Part shown: positions 9,909-19,075 of the stretch, piece by piece | How positions within the stretch are numbered: the first letter of the stretch is position 1 | Layout of the letters: every line of letters starts with the position of its first letter | IMG/VR virus record: IMGVR_UViG_3300020576_005098 | Coordinates: 23,264-87,263 of that record | DNA length: 64,000 bases | From: a virus | Lineage: Duplodnaviria; Caudoviricetes | Direction: 5' to 3' (one strand) | Notes under the pieces: generated by a model | Seen by the model: only the letters and a program-made list of their open reading frames with translations | Database searches by the model: none | What the model was told of the DNA's origin: nothing | Made by a program: the position numbers and the translations under genes

Positions 9909-12900
9909 TATCCATTGGCGTGGAGTGACAAGGCACGAAGAATACCATCAAGTGTTCTCTCGTGTTTTTCAAGCTCTCAAAGAAGAGATCAAGCCCGATT
10001 ACATCATGATTGGAGGAGATATCTTCCACACCAAAACACAATCAATCACACCAGAAGCGATTGATTGCATCACTTGGATGTTCAGAAACCTTGCTGAAAT
10101 TGCTCCTGTTTATTCCATCCTGGGAAATCATGATGGAAACCTCACCAATGAAAACAGGCAAGATACAATCAGCCCAATTGTTTCAGCCATGAACAATTCC
10201 AGAATCACACTCTTCAAGAAGAGTGGGAACCACATCATCCCTGGAACTAATATCAATCTGTGTGTATTTTCTCCGTTTGATGAGGCAGGTTGGAGTATTG
10301 TTTCACCAGATGAAGACCTGATCAATGTTGTGATGTTTCACGGCGCTGTAAAAGGCTGCAAGACCGACTCTGATTGGGTTATGACTTCGGGCGAAGTGGA
10401 ACTGTCAATGTTCCAGCCATATGATTTTGCCCTTCTTGGAGACATTCACAAACATCAGTATCTGGATTATCGGAATCACTCAGGACCAACGAGGAACATG
10501 AAGCCCTGGATTGGTTATCCTGGATCTCTCATCCAACAAAACTATGGCGAAGAACTCGTAAAGGGATTTCAGGTTTGGGATATTCGGTCAAAAACCGATT
10601 GGGATGTTTCGTTCCACCCGGTTCACAATGACTATCAATACATCACTGTTTCTTGGACGGGAGATGTTGATTCCACTTTGGCAGAAGCACTCATTCTGGT
10701 TGATGATAACCTGAAAAACAAAAGAGTGAGAGTCACTGGTGGTTCCTCAACCATTTTTCCCCTGCAAAAGAAACAACTTGCTGATCTTTTCAAGGAAAAG
10801 CACGGCGCTGCTGAAATCTTCTTTTCCCAAGACCCGAGGAAAGATGCCGAGCAGGATGAAAAAAGGATTCAAAGCAAGACAACAAGTTTGAGGAATGACC
10901 CAGAAGAACTTTGTAGACTTTATGACACTTTCATTGAAACAGACACAAAGTCCTCTTCTTTGAGAGAAGATCAAAAACAAACAGCCAAGAAATTCATTCG
11001 TTCAACTCTCACCAAGGTAAGGAACCAAGAAGAGTTGGAAGAGGGCGCTTCTAGGGATGTTGTCTGGAGCATTAAGAGTTTGGAATGGGAGAACTTGTAT
11101 CGGTATGGGGCCGATGACAACCAAATCAACTTCTCTCGGCTCAATGGAATCACGGGAATTTTTTCCCCAAACAAGACGGGAAAAAGTTCTGTTGTTGGAG
11201 CACTGATGTTTGCTCTTTACAACACAACTGATCGCGGCCCTGTGAAAAGTGCCTATCTTATCAACAAAAACAAGAACAGTGGTTCTGCCAAGGTCGTTTT
11301 CAATGTTGCTGGGGTGGATTATCACCTTGAAAGAACGGTCACAAAATCAATCAAACGAGGTGGTGTTGTTGACGAAGAAAAAGCAGCAACCAAACTCTCT
11401 CTGAGTCGTGTTGACAAAGAAGGCAACAAAGAAGAGTTGCTTTCTGAGAATGCCGACTCCAGAACAGACACAGATAAAGTTGTTCGTAAACTCATTGGAA
11501 CTTCACAAGACTTTTTGATGACTGCATTTGCTTCGCAAGGAGGAATGAACCGTTTCATCGAAGAAGGATCGACTCAAAGGAAAGCAATTCTGAACAGGTT
11601 TCTGGATCTTGATATCTTTGAGAAGCTTCACAAGCTTGCAAATGAGGAGTTGCAAACTTGCAATATCAAGGCAACCAGCTTTGCCGGTTCTCCGAAAGAT
11701 ATTGAGATTTTGGAAGATCGAATTCGGCAGTTGAATGATGAAATTGAGCACACTCAGAGCAAGCTGGATGATTGCAAACCCAGAAGAGACTCTGTGCGTC
11801 TTTGGCTGAAAGCGCACGGGTATGAAAAACGTCTTGAGTTGAAAAACAAGGTTAGGCAACTAAATTCTCTTGTTGCTTCTTTGGAAAAGGATTTGGAGGC
11901 TGGGAAGCTGGAGTGTCAACGGCTTATTTCTTCTCAAGACAAGATTGTGGCAGAAGCAAATTCCTTGGAAGGTTTTCTGTCGCTTGCGGAAGCTGAAACG
12001 GTTTTGGCTGAGAAGTTGAAGGCTCTTAGGCACGAAACGACCATTCTCTCACAGTGTCTTGGTGATTTGGCGGCTGCTCAAAAAGAGTTGTTGAGGAAAG
12101 AAGGAAACGTAAAGAAGTTGAGTGTTGTTCCATGTGGAACTTCTTTCCCTTCTTGCCACTACATCAAAGATGCCCACGAAGATCAAGCAACAATCCAAAA
12201 GCAAAAACAGATAGTCGATGAAGAATCAAAAGCCTATGAAACCCAAAAGACATTGGTTGAAAATCTGAAAAGAGAAAACGCTGAGAAGGCTTTGGAAGAA
12301 ATCAGACAGAAAAAAACAAGGCTTCATCAACTTGGAATGGAACAGGTTAGGATTGAGGGAGCAATCAACAAAATCAACTCAGAGATTTCTCTACAGGAAA
12401 CCAAGTTGAGTGGTCTCCAAGAAGAGTTGAAACAGGTCCAAAGTGTTCTCAGCAACCAAGAGGATTTGGATGAAAAAATCGTTGAAGAACAAGAATTGGA
12501 ACAAGAGTGCAAGGTTTGTGAAGACAAGCTCAAGGCTCTGTGGTTGCAACTGGGAGCGGCAACAAACAAACTTGAACAAGTAAAACATGACGCAACAAAA
12601 ATCGCAGAAATTCTGGAGCAGCAGCTTGTTTTCGACAGCATCGTCCGAGCCTTCTCAAAAACAGGCATCCCAGCCTTTGTACTGAAAAACAAACTTCCAG
12701 CAATCAACACGCAGTTGGATGGAATTTTGGGTGGAGTGGTTCCGTTCAGACTCCAATTGGAAACCGAGATCGGAAGCAACGCCTTGGATGTTTTCATCGA
12801 GGACAGAGACAGCAGGAGGGTTATTGAGCTTGCTTCCGGCATGGAAAAGATGGTTGCTTCTCTTGCTCTTCGGGTGGCGCTAATAAACCTCTCAAGCCTG

Positions 12901-13107
12901 CCAAGGCCCGATCTTTTTATCATCGACGAATCATTCGGCTCCCTGGACTCTGAAAACTGCGGAAGAGTGATTGAGTTGCTTCAATCTATCAAAAGCAGGT
13001 TCAAAACCGTGTTGATTATCACCCATGTTGATGAAATAAAAGAAGCGGCAACAACAATTTTGACTATCAATAACAGCGGGCCAACAAGCTCTATCTCCTT
13101 CCCCTGA
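9883..13107 (+). CDS. fused Mre11/SbcD nuclease - Rad50/SbcC ATPase
   Basis: N-term SDIH, GGDIFH, GNHD, GDIHK, YPGS; then Walker A PNKTGKSS, coiled coil with CxxxxxxC hook, ASGMEK signature, IIDESFGSLD, IITH. Confidence 0.92.
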   Translation: MPRIAFLSDIHWRGVTRHEEYHQVFSRVFQALKEEIKPDYIMIGGDIFHTKTQSITPEAIDCITWMFRNLAEIAPVYSILGNHDGNLTNENRQDTISPIVSAMNNSRITLFKKSGNHIIPGTNINLCVFSPFDEAGWSIVSPDEDLINVVMFHGAVKGCKTDSDWVMTSGEVELSMFQPYDFALLGDIHKHQYLDYRNHSGPTRNMKPWIGYPGSLIQQNYGEELVKGFQVWDIRSKTDWDVSFHPVHNDYQYITVSWTGDVDSTLAEALILVDDNLKNKRVRVTGGSSTIFPLQKKQLADLFKEKHGAAEIFFSQDPRKDAEQDEKRIQSKTTSLRNDPEELCRLYDTFIETDTKSSSLREDQKQTAKKFIRSTLTKVRNQEELEEGASRDVVWSIKSLEWENLYRYGADDNQINFSRLNGITGIFSPNKTGKSSVVGALMFALYNTTDRGPVKSAYLINKNKNSGSAKVVFNVAGVDYHLERTVTKSIKRGGVVDEEKAATKLSLSRVDKEGNKEELLSENADSRTDTDKVVRKLIGTSQDFLMTAFASQGGMNRFIEEGSTQRKAILNRFLDLDIFEKLHKLANEELQTCNIKATSFAGSPKDIEILEDRIRQLNDEIEHTQSKLDDCKPRRDSVRLWLKAHGYEKRLELKNKVRQLNSLVASLEKDLEAGKLECQRLISSQDKIVAEANSLEGFLSLAEAETVLAEKLKALRHETTILSQCLGDLAAAQKELLRKEGNVKKLSVVPCGTSFPSCHYIKDAHEDQATIQKQKQIVDEESKAYETQKTLVENLKRENAEKALEEIRQKKTRLHQLGMEQVRIEGAINKINSEISLQETKLSGLQEELKQVQSVLSNQEDLDEKIVEEQELEQECKVCEDKLKALWLQLGAATNKLEQVKHDATKIAEILEQQLVFDSIVRAFSKTGIPAFVLKNKLPAINTQLDGILGGVVPFRLQLETEIGSNALDVFIEDRDSRRVIELASGMEKMVASLALRVALINLSSLPRPDLFIIDESFGSLDSENCGRVIELLQSIKSRFKTVLIITHVDEIKEAATTILTINNSGPTSSISFP

Positions 13108-13116
13108 AGAAACCCC

Positions 13117-13145
13117 TTGACCGAGAATATTCCACCAGCTATAGT
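13117..13145 (+). promoter_or_regulatory. sigma70-type promoter
   Basis: TTGACC-N17-TATAGT in intergenic DNA. Confidence 0.7.
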
Positions 13146-13188
13146 TGGGATGTCTCGGTCACTTCAACTCCTTCAAAGGAACAAATAA

Positions 13189-13458
13189 ATGGCAGTGAAT
13201 AGTAAGCAGAATCTCGTAGAGCAGGTATATCGTTTTGTTGTCCGCGCTTCCCAGTCTCACTGGGATTCGAATGATCACTTCAATGATCTTGAAGCTGTAG
13301 GTCTTCTCAAGACCTTTGCCGATCAACTGACACCAAACGAGTATCAATCTCTCATGAACGGATGGTCCCAAATCCGAAATGATGAGGGAGACGCAACTAT
13401 GCGTGATGCTCTCGACGCAATCACGGAACGTCTGCAAAACAGCTACGTTACCCACTAA
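13189..13458 (+). CDS. hypothetical protein
   Basis: 89 aa downstream of promoter. Confidence 0.6.
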   Translation: MAVNSKQNLVEQVYRFVVRASQSHWDSNDHFNDLEAVGLLKTFADQLTPNEYQSLMNGWSQIRNDEGDATMRDALDAITERLQNSYVTH

Positions 13459-13558
13459 CCTTTTCCCGTCACCTAAACCCTAACCCAAAACACAAGGACA
13501 AGAATCCTCTTCTTGGTCCCGTTTTGGCATTTTCATCATCAACAAGAAAGAAGAATAA

Positions 13559-14038
13559 ATGCTCGAATTGGTACTGGCCTTGATTACTCTGTTTCCTCAC
13601 TCTCCCTCCAGAGATTGCTTGATTGCTCGACGCCATCAAATCGCTTCCGTTTTGGAAGCATCTCAGGAGAGATTCCCAGAAATACCACCGGAATTGGTTT
13701 TGGCTGTGGGATTCATGGAAACACACAATGGATGTGATCGCAATGAAGGAGGGAACTGGGGCGCCCCTATTTCCAATCAACAACGTCACACAGCAGGAAG
13801 ACCAATCCAAGCGGCAGCTTCTCTTTGGACTTCGTATGAACGCTGCAACCATTCCTGGGAAGCGGCAACCCGACGATTTCGCACTGGACTCTGCTCGCCA
13901 TCCGTGCTAGGAACTCCTTATTCCAGGACAGCAGCACGGCTTGTCAGTCGCATTCAAGCGGAAGTCATTCGCAACCAAGAAGATTCTTCTCGTGTTTGCC
14001 GAATTGATCCAACGCTTGAACGTTGTCATGCCTGCTAG
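13559..14038 (+). CDS. putative lysozyme-fold/lytic transglycosylase with N-terminal hydrophobic signal
   Basis: LVLAVGFMETH (catalytic-Glu-like helix) and W..A...F motif typical of SLT-like domains. Confidence 0.5.
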   Translation: MLELVLALITLFPHSPSRDCLIARRHQIASVLEASQERFPEIPPELVLAVGFMETHNGCDRNEGGNWGAPISNQQRHTAGRPIQAAASLWTSYERCNHSWEAATRRFRTGLCSPSVLGTPYSRTAARLVSRIQAEVIRNQEDSSRVCRIDPTLERCHAC

Positions 14039-14079
14039 CCTTCCGTACTAGCAACCCCTTCCCATCAAAGGACAAAGCC

Positions 14080-15009
14080 ATGACCCTTGGTCTTTGTTGT
14101 CACTTTCTCGAACAGCACGGTTCTTCCTACCAAAATTCCATCAACGAAAAGTCCATGCAGCTTGGTAGGTTCCGTGCTGGCGCCTACTCCCAATCCTATA
14201 TTCATAGTCTCTACATCAACAACCTCCAGGAAATCATTCGGCTGCTCCCCAAGCTCGTTTCTAACAACATCAAGTGTTTTAGAATCTCCAGCAGCACCTT
14301 TCCTCTGTTCGAGTTCAACAAACAGTTGATCGAAGACAGCAAGGATATTAGAGACCTTCTAAATCGAGCAGGAAGGGGTTATCTGGGCGCTGGAATTAGG
14401 GTGACTACCCATCCTGGTCAATTCACCGTTCTAAGCTCAGATAAGCCTTCTACGGTCACGGCAGCTATCACCGAGTTGGATTTTCACGGTTGGGTATTTG
14501 ATGCTATGGGTTTTCCTCAGACTCCTGAGTATGCCATCAATGTCCACGGTGGGAAATCTGATCGTCACCAACAACTCGTTGCCGGAATTTCCAGTCTGTC
14601 TGTTGGTGCAAGGAAGCGTTTGACTCTGGAAAACGATGAGAGTTCTTATAGTGTCCGACAACTGCTTGCTGTTTCTGAAGAAACTGGTGTGCCTGTTTGT
14701 TTTGACAGTCATCACCACACCTTCAATGAAGATGGCTTGAGCCTGGAGGATGCTTATGGTCTTTCTGTTTTGACTTGGAAACGTCGCGGCTGTAAACCAC
14801 TCCAGCACATTAGCAATTCCACACCCAACCTGCCGGATGATAGTTCGTTCCAAGACAAAAGGAAACACAGTGATTTTATCCACCATGTTCCAGAATGCCA
14901 GTTGATTGGGCTATTGAAGGATGAAGTTGATGTGGAAGTAGAAGCCAAGATGAAAAACTTGGCTCTGCTGAAGATGCGAGAGATGTTTCTAAAACATCCC
15001 GATGTTTAG
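14080..15009 (+). CDS. uvsE: UV damage endonuclease UvsE
   Basis: FRISS, HPGQF, NVHGG, LENDE, DSHHH, HISN, HSDF, VEAKMK; start at ATG 14080. Confidence 0.9.
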   Translation: MTLGLCCHFLEQHGSSYQNSINEKSMQLGRFRAGAYSQSYIHSLYINNLQEIIRLLPKLVSNNIKCFRISSSTFPLFEFNKQLIEDSKDIRDLLNRAGRGYLGAGIRVTTHPGQFTVLSSDKPSTVTAAITELDFHGWVFDAMGFPQTPEYAINVHGGKSDRHQQLVAGISSLSVGARKRLTLENDESSYSVRQLLAVSEETGVPVCFDSHHHTFNEDGLSLEDAYGLSVLTWKRRGCKPLQHISNSTPNLPDDSSFQDKRKHSDFIHHVPECQLIGLLKDEVDVEVEAKMKNLALLKMREMFLKHPDV

Positions 15010-16203
15010 TTGTTGAGACAAGATTCCACCTCTCGTATTCCTAACTTCAACAAGGAATTTGGAAGTGGTTGTTGTGATGTGAACGCTGAGTTGTTTGGAA
15101 GATTGTTTGTCGTTGGTGTAGTATGGATACAAAATCCTCACCGAAACAACATCACCAACCAACTCAAGTGTTTTGTCTGGAGATGATAAATCCACAACCT
15201 TGAGATCGTTTCCAGAGAGTTGTTTGACGTAATAAAATCCAAATCCAACTTGGGCGGCTAGGAAACTAGCAACAGCAAAAGAATCAAACTGAGGGCTTGG
15301 ATCCATCCTTTCCATCCCAGATGAAACCTTGTTCACATAGTCTGTAAGACCTTGTGCAACTTTTTCTTTGGAAACCCCCAGAGCAGAAATAAACTCATCT
15401 GTCATTGGAAAAAGCCTTGAAGGTTTCTCCTCTACTGTTCTTGTGGATGGGTTCCAGACGAAGGCGTCCGAATAGCCTGTGTTGGCAAAAGTGTTGCCCC
15501 TCAAACCTTTAACACTGAGATAAACCACATCCCCATCTCTCAACCAAATTCCAAAATCAGCAACCGCAGATCCAATGTTGGAAATGGTTTTTCTGAAAGG
15601 GTTGATTCCCTTGGGCATGGCCGGGGAGATTTTTTCAACACGTTCAATCTCATCTTGAGAGATTCCCAACTTTTCAATCAAGGAATCCCAGAGCTTTCCT
15701 GTTCTGGAAATGGTGGAAGTTGAGAGGTCATTCTCAAAATCGTGTCCTCTGTTTCCACCAGCACCAAACACAACTGGAATGATTTCTTTCTTGTTCGGGG
15801 AATGAATCAGGTAGGTGTTGTATTTTCCACTGGAAGATTTCGGGGCGCCTGGAGGGATAACCTCAGTGTCAAATCCTTCCAACGCTTGCTTCATAAGCCC
15901 TGAGATGCTCTCTTTGTTGTCTGGGGAGGTGAGAAGAAGACGATAGGCGCCTTTCCTTTTCTGTGGAGCAAGTCGAAAACTTCCATTGGTTTTGGAAATG
16001 ATTGATTGAAGAACAGAAGAACTGGAAGACGTGGATAGAACTTCCACATTCGAGTCTGTTCCTGTTTCTAAAGGTGTTGTTCCGTTGAGAGTAAGCATGA
16101 TTTTTTCCGCATCCGTCTCGATACTACGCTCCTCCATGAACAGTATTTTAAGCAGTTTCACTGAGGAATCAGTATTCATTGGTTTCCACCTCAAACATAT
16201 CAC
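14989..16203 (-). CDS. hypothetical protein, possible PD-(D/E)xK nuclease fold
   Basis: 404 aa; GHDFE...ADFGI...YLSVK spacing; N-terminal LLKILFMEE; start may be ATG 16179. Confidence 0.6.
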   Translation of the reverse strand: MICLRWKPMNTDSSVKLLKILFMEERSIETDAEKIMLTLNGTTPLETGTDSNVEVLSTSSSSSVLQSIISKTNGSFRLAPQKRKGAYRLLLTSPDNKESISGLMKQALEGFDTEVIPPGAPKSSSGKYNTYLIHSPNKKEIIPVVFGAGGNRGHDFENDLSTSTISRTGKLWDSLIEKLGISQDEIERVEKISPAMPKGINPFRKTISNIGSAVADFGIWLRDGDVVYLSVKGLRGNTFANTGYSDAFVWNPSTRTVEEKPSRLFPMTDEFISALGVSKEKVAQGLTDYVNKVSSGMERMDPSPQFDSFAVASFLAAQVGFGFYYVKQLSGNDLKVVDLSSPDKTLELVGDVVSVRILYPYYTNDKQSSKQLSVHITTTTSKFLVEVRNTRGGILSQQLNIGMF

Positions 16204-16208
16204 TAGGT

Positions 16209-16478
16209 ATGAAATCCGATAAACACATTGATGTGCTAGAGAATGGAAAGGTTGTTGTTATCAAACCAGCGGACCTGGACAAAATAATTGTTCCCTTCTT
16301 TTGCCCAGGTTGCGAGTATCCCATGAAAACGGCTGGGGATGCTTCGTCCTTTAGGAGAAGTGGGAAGTGCGAAATGTGTGAGTTGTGTCAACCTCCAAGA
16401 GATAAAACAGATCCAAGGTGGGCTGTTTACCTGGAGAAGCGTCACAGAGCTTTTCTACCCAACCTCACCATGAAATGA
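16209..16478 (+). CDS. small zinc-binding protein
   Basis: CPGC...CEMC. Confidence 0.55.
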   Translation: MKSDKHIDVLENGKVVVIKPADLDKIIVPFFCPGCEYPMKTAGDASSFRRSGKCEMCELCQPPRDKTDPRWAVYLEKRHRAFLPNLTMK

Positions 16479-16500
16479 TCCATAGTTACCCAGCAAAACT

Positions 16501-16962
16501 ATGCCGATTCAACAAAAAGCACGCTATCGAATCTTGGCTGGATTGCTGGATACTTCCTTCGGCAGAGCCTCAGAAAAACACCCTCAATCCAATCACTTTC
16601 TCAAAATGACAATGCCGCTCGAAAACACTATCGAGTGTAAAGCTCAAATCATTGTGAACATGGGGGATTCAACCAACATGTATGTCGCTCTCAGAAAGAA
16701 ATTTCGAGAAGAACTCCTTGACCTCATCAAGAAGCGGTTGGAAAAGATTTCAGAAGAATATGCAGAGGCAGTGAAGCAATCAAATAACAAAGATTTGCTG
16801 TCTTACCACAAACAGCCTCACGAAAAACCTGCTGAGAAATCTGTGACTTTGAAGGTGGATAACAGCACCATCCAAGAATGGCTGGAACATATCTCTATGA
16901 GTGCTTACAGAACTAACAAGACCTGCATCTATCACCTCAACTGCCTCGTAACAGTCTCATAA
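16501..16962 (+). CDS. hypothetical protein
   Basis: 153 aa upstream of terminase. Confidence 0.65.
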   Translation: MPIQQKARYRILAGLLDTSFGRASEKHPQSNHFLKMTMPLENTIECKAQIIVNMGDSTNMYVALRKKFREELLDLIKKRLEKISEEYAEAVKQSNNKDLLSYHKQPHEKPAEKSVTLKVDNSTIQEWLEHISMSAYRTNKTCIYHLNCLVTVS

Positions 16963-16984
16963 AGCCATTTGCCTATTTACAGGC

Positions 16985-19069
16985 ATGGCACTATCAAAAA
17001 AAGACCAAGTAGAAGAAATTCTGAAGTGTGGGAAAGATCCCATCTACTTCATTAAGAATTACCTTTACATTCAGCACCCGACCAAAGGAAGGCTTCCCTT
17101 CCGCCTCTATCCATTCCAAGAAGAGTGTATTGAATCCTTCCTGGATTACAAATACAACATCGTTCTAAAGTCCAGGCAGCTTGGTTTGTCAACCACAACA
17201 GCCGCTTATTGTCTATGGATGGCTTTGTTCCGGCAAGATGCCAACATCCTTCTCATGGCAACAAAACTGGAGGTTGGAAAGGGAATGATCGAGAAGATCA
17301 GAACCGCTTTCAAAATGCTTCCAGCTTGGATGTTGAACCTGCTGGAGTTGAAGGTTCCGGATGCTGAGTCTGTGAAGTATATCAAGTTCACAAACGGATC
17401 AAAGATCACTGCGATTCCAACATCAAAAGACGCTGCTCGTGGTGAAGCTGTAACTCTTCTTGTAATTGACGAATGTGTCGCTGGTGAAACCCTTATCACT
17501 ATCAGAAACAAAAAAACTGAATGGGTGAGAAAGGTACAAATAGAACGTCTTTTTGACGAAGAGTTTAATGGGCAGTTGGTTGGTGAGCATCAAAAACTGA
17601 TTGATGAATGGGAAGTCCTGACGCCAGATGGTTGGAGTTCGTTTTCTGGAATCAAGATGACAGAAAGAGATGAAGTCGTTGAGCTTCGATTCAACGACTC
17701 AGAAAAATCATTGGTTTGTTCCTTGAGCCATCAAATCCGACTGAGCGATGGAAACGGCTTCATTGAGGCTGAAGACGCAGTAGTCGGAGGGGAAATGTTT
17801 GGTGGTAAACACATAACAAACAAACGAAAGATAAAGCAAAAGACCAAACTCTACGACCTGCTGAATGTAGAAAAAGGTCATCAGTATTGGACGGATGATG
17901 TAGTCAGCCACAATTGTGCCCACATCGAAAACCTGGAAGAATTGTGGATGGGTCTCTGGTCTACAGTTTCGACAGGTGGACGCGCAATCGTGTTCTCAAC
18001 TCCCAAAGGAAGAAACTTCTTCCAACAAATGTGGATGGGAGCAGAAGTCCCAGAACTTGAACCAAACAAGGTTGGACAGATTTGTAAAGGTGTTGGAAAG
18101 AACGGATTCCACGGCATCAAACTTCCTTGGTTCGTCCACCCTGAAAGAGATGATGAATGGTTTGATGCTCAATCAAAAGCAATGGACCCACGAGGAATTG
18201 CACAAGAGCTTCTTTGTAGTTTTGAAGGGTCCAGCCTCACCTTCTTCTCGCAAGTTTCTATTGACTACGTTCGCAACCTTTCTTTTCCTCCCATCGCCTT
18301 CACCGGACCAGCAGGAAAGGGATTGGATTTGCAAATTTGGAAAGAACCCGTAGAAGGGCACCGATATGTTTTGTCAGCAGACGTGGCTAGAGGCGACGCA
18401 GAGGATTTTAGTGCCTTCCATGTGTTCGACATAAACAAGTCTGAGGTTGTTGCCGAATACCTTGGTAAAATTCCTCCTGATCGGTTTGGTGAGTGGTTGA
18501 TTGAGGTTGGCAAGAAATACAACATGGCTCTGATCGTTGCTGAAAAAAACACGGTTGGTATCGCCACTGCAATCAAGCTGCGAGACTCTGGATATCCGAA
18601 CCTTTATTACGATGAGGATTTGGCCAACAGGATGCTAACCATGACTCCAGACGAGAAGAAGGAATGTCTCCCTGGGTTCACTATTACTCCAAAAAACAGA
18701 GAGAAGATTCTGGAGAACCTGGAGCAGGTTATTCGAAACAATCACTTGAGACTTTATTCCACAAGGTTTGTTTCGGAAATGGAGTCGTTTATCTGGAATG
18801 GTAAGCGTGGGCAAGCACTCAAAAAGCGACACGATGACTTGATTATGGCAATGGCAATCGGTTTGCAAGTCTTCACCCCAAACGCCGAACAACAGAATTA
18901 TTTTGATATCCTGGCAGCAAATCAAGGATTGGCGAAAGCTATGCTGGCTGGAATGTCAAGAGGTGGTGGAAATGGCAAGGTGGGTGGGAAGAAGATTCCA
19001 AGTTTTGTGAACAAAGAGACTGTTCAATTGGAAATGCAGTTTAGGAAAGAGTTTGGCTGGTTATACTGA
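16985..19069 (+). CDS. terL: terminase large subunit (T4 gp17-like), intein-containing
   Basis: YQEE Q-motif region, KSRQLGLST Walker A, LLVIDE Walker B, STPKG, QELLCSF, ADVARG, HDDLIMA. Confidence 0.95.
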   Translation: MALSKKDQVEEILKCGKDPIYFIKNYLYIQHPTKGRLPFRLYPFQEECIESFLDYKYNIVLKSRQLGLSTTTAAYCLWMALFRQDANILLMATKLEVGKGMIEKIRTAFKMLPAWMLNLLELKVPDAESVKYIKFTNGSKITAIPTSKDAARGEAVTLLVIDECVAGETLITIRNKKTEWVRKVQIERLFDEEFNGQLVGEHQKLIDEWEVLTPDGWSSFSGIKMTERDEVVELRFNDSEKSLVCSLSHQIRLSDGNGFIEAEDAVVGGEMFGGKHITNKRKIKQKTKLYDLLNVEKGHQYWTDDVVSHNCAHIENLEELWMGLWSTVSTGGRAIVFSTPKGRNFFQQMWMGAEVPELEPNKVGQICKGVGKNGFHGIKLPWFVHPERDDEWFDAQSKAMDPRGIAQELLCSFEGSSLTFFSQVSIDYVRNLSFPPIAFTGPAGKGLDLQIWKEPVEGHRYVLSADVARGDAEDFSAFHVFDINKSEVVAEYLGKIPPDRFGEWLIEVGKKYNMALIVAEKNTVGIATAIKLRDSGYPNLYYDEDLANRMLTMTPDEKKECLPGFTITPKNREKILENLEQVIRNNHLRLYSTRFVSEMESFIWNGKRGQALKKRHDDLIMAMAIGLQVFTPNAEQQNYFDILAANQGLAKAMLAGMSRGGGNGKVGGKKIPSFVNKETVQLEMQFRKEFGWLY
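17474..17914 (+). mobile_element. mini-intein (147 aa, no homing endonuclease) in terL
   Basis: Starts CVAGETLITI right after Walker B DE; block B CSLSHQI; ends YDLLNV...VVSHN followed by Cys+1. Confidence 0.9.
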
Positions 19070-19075
19070 ACCATG

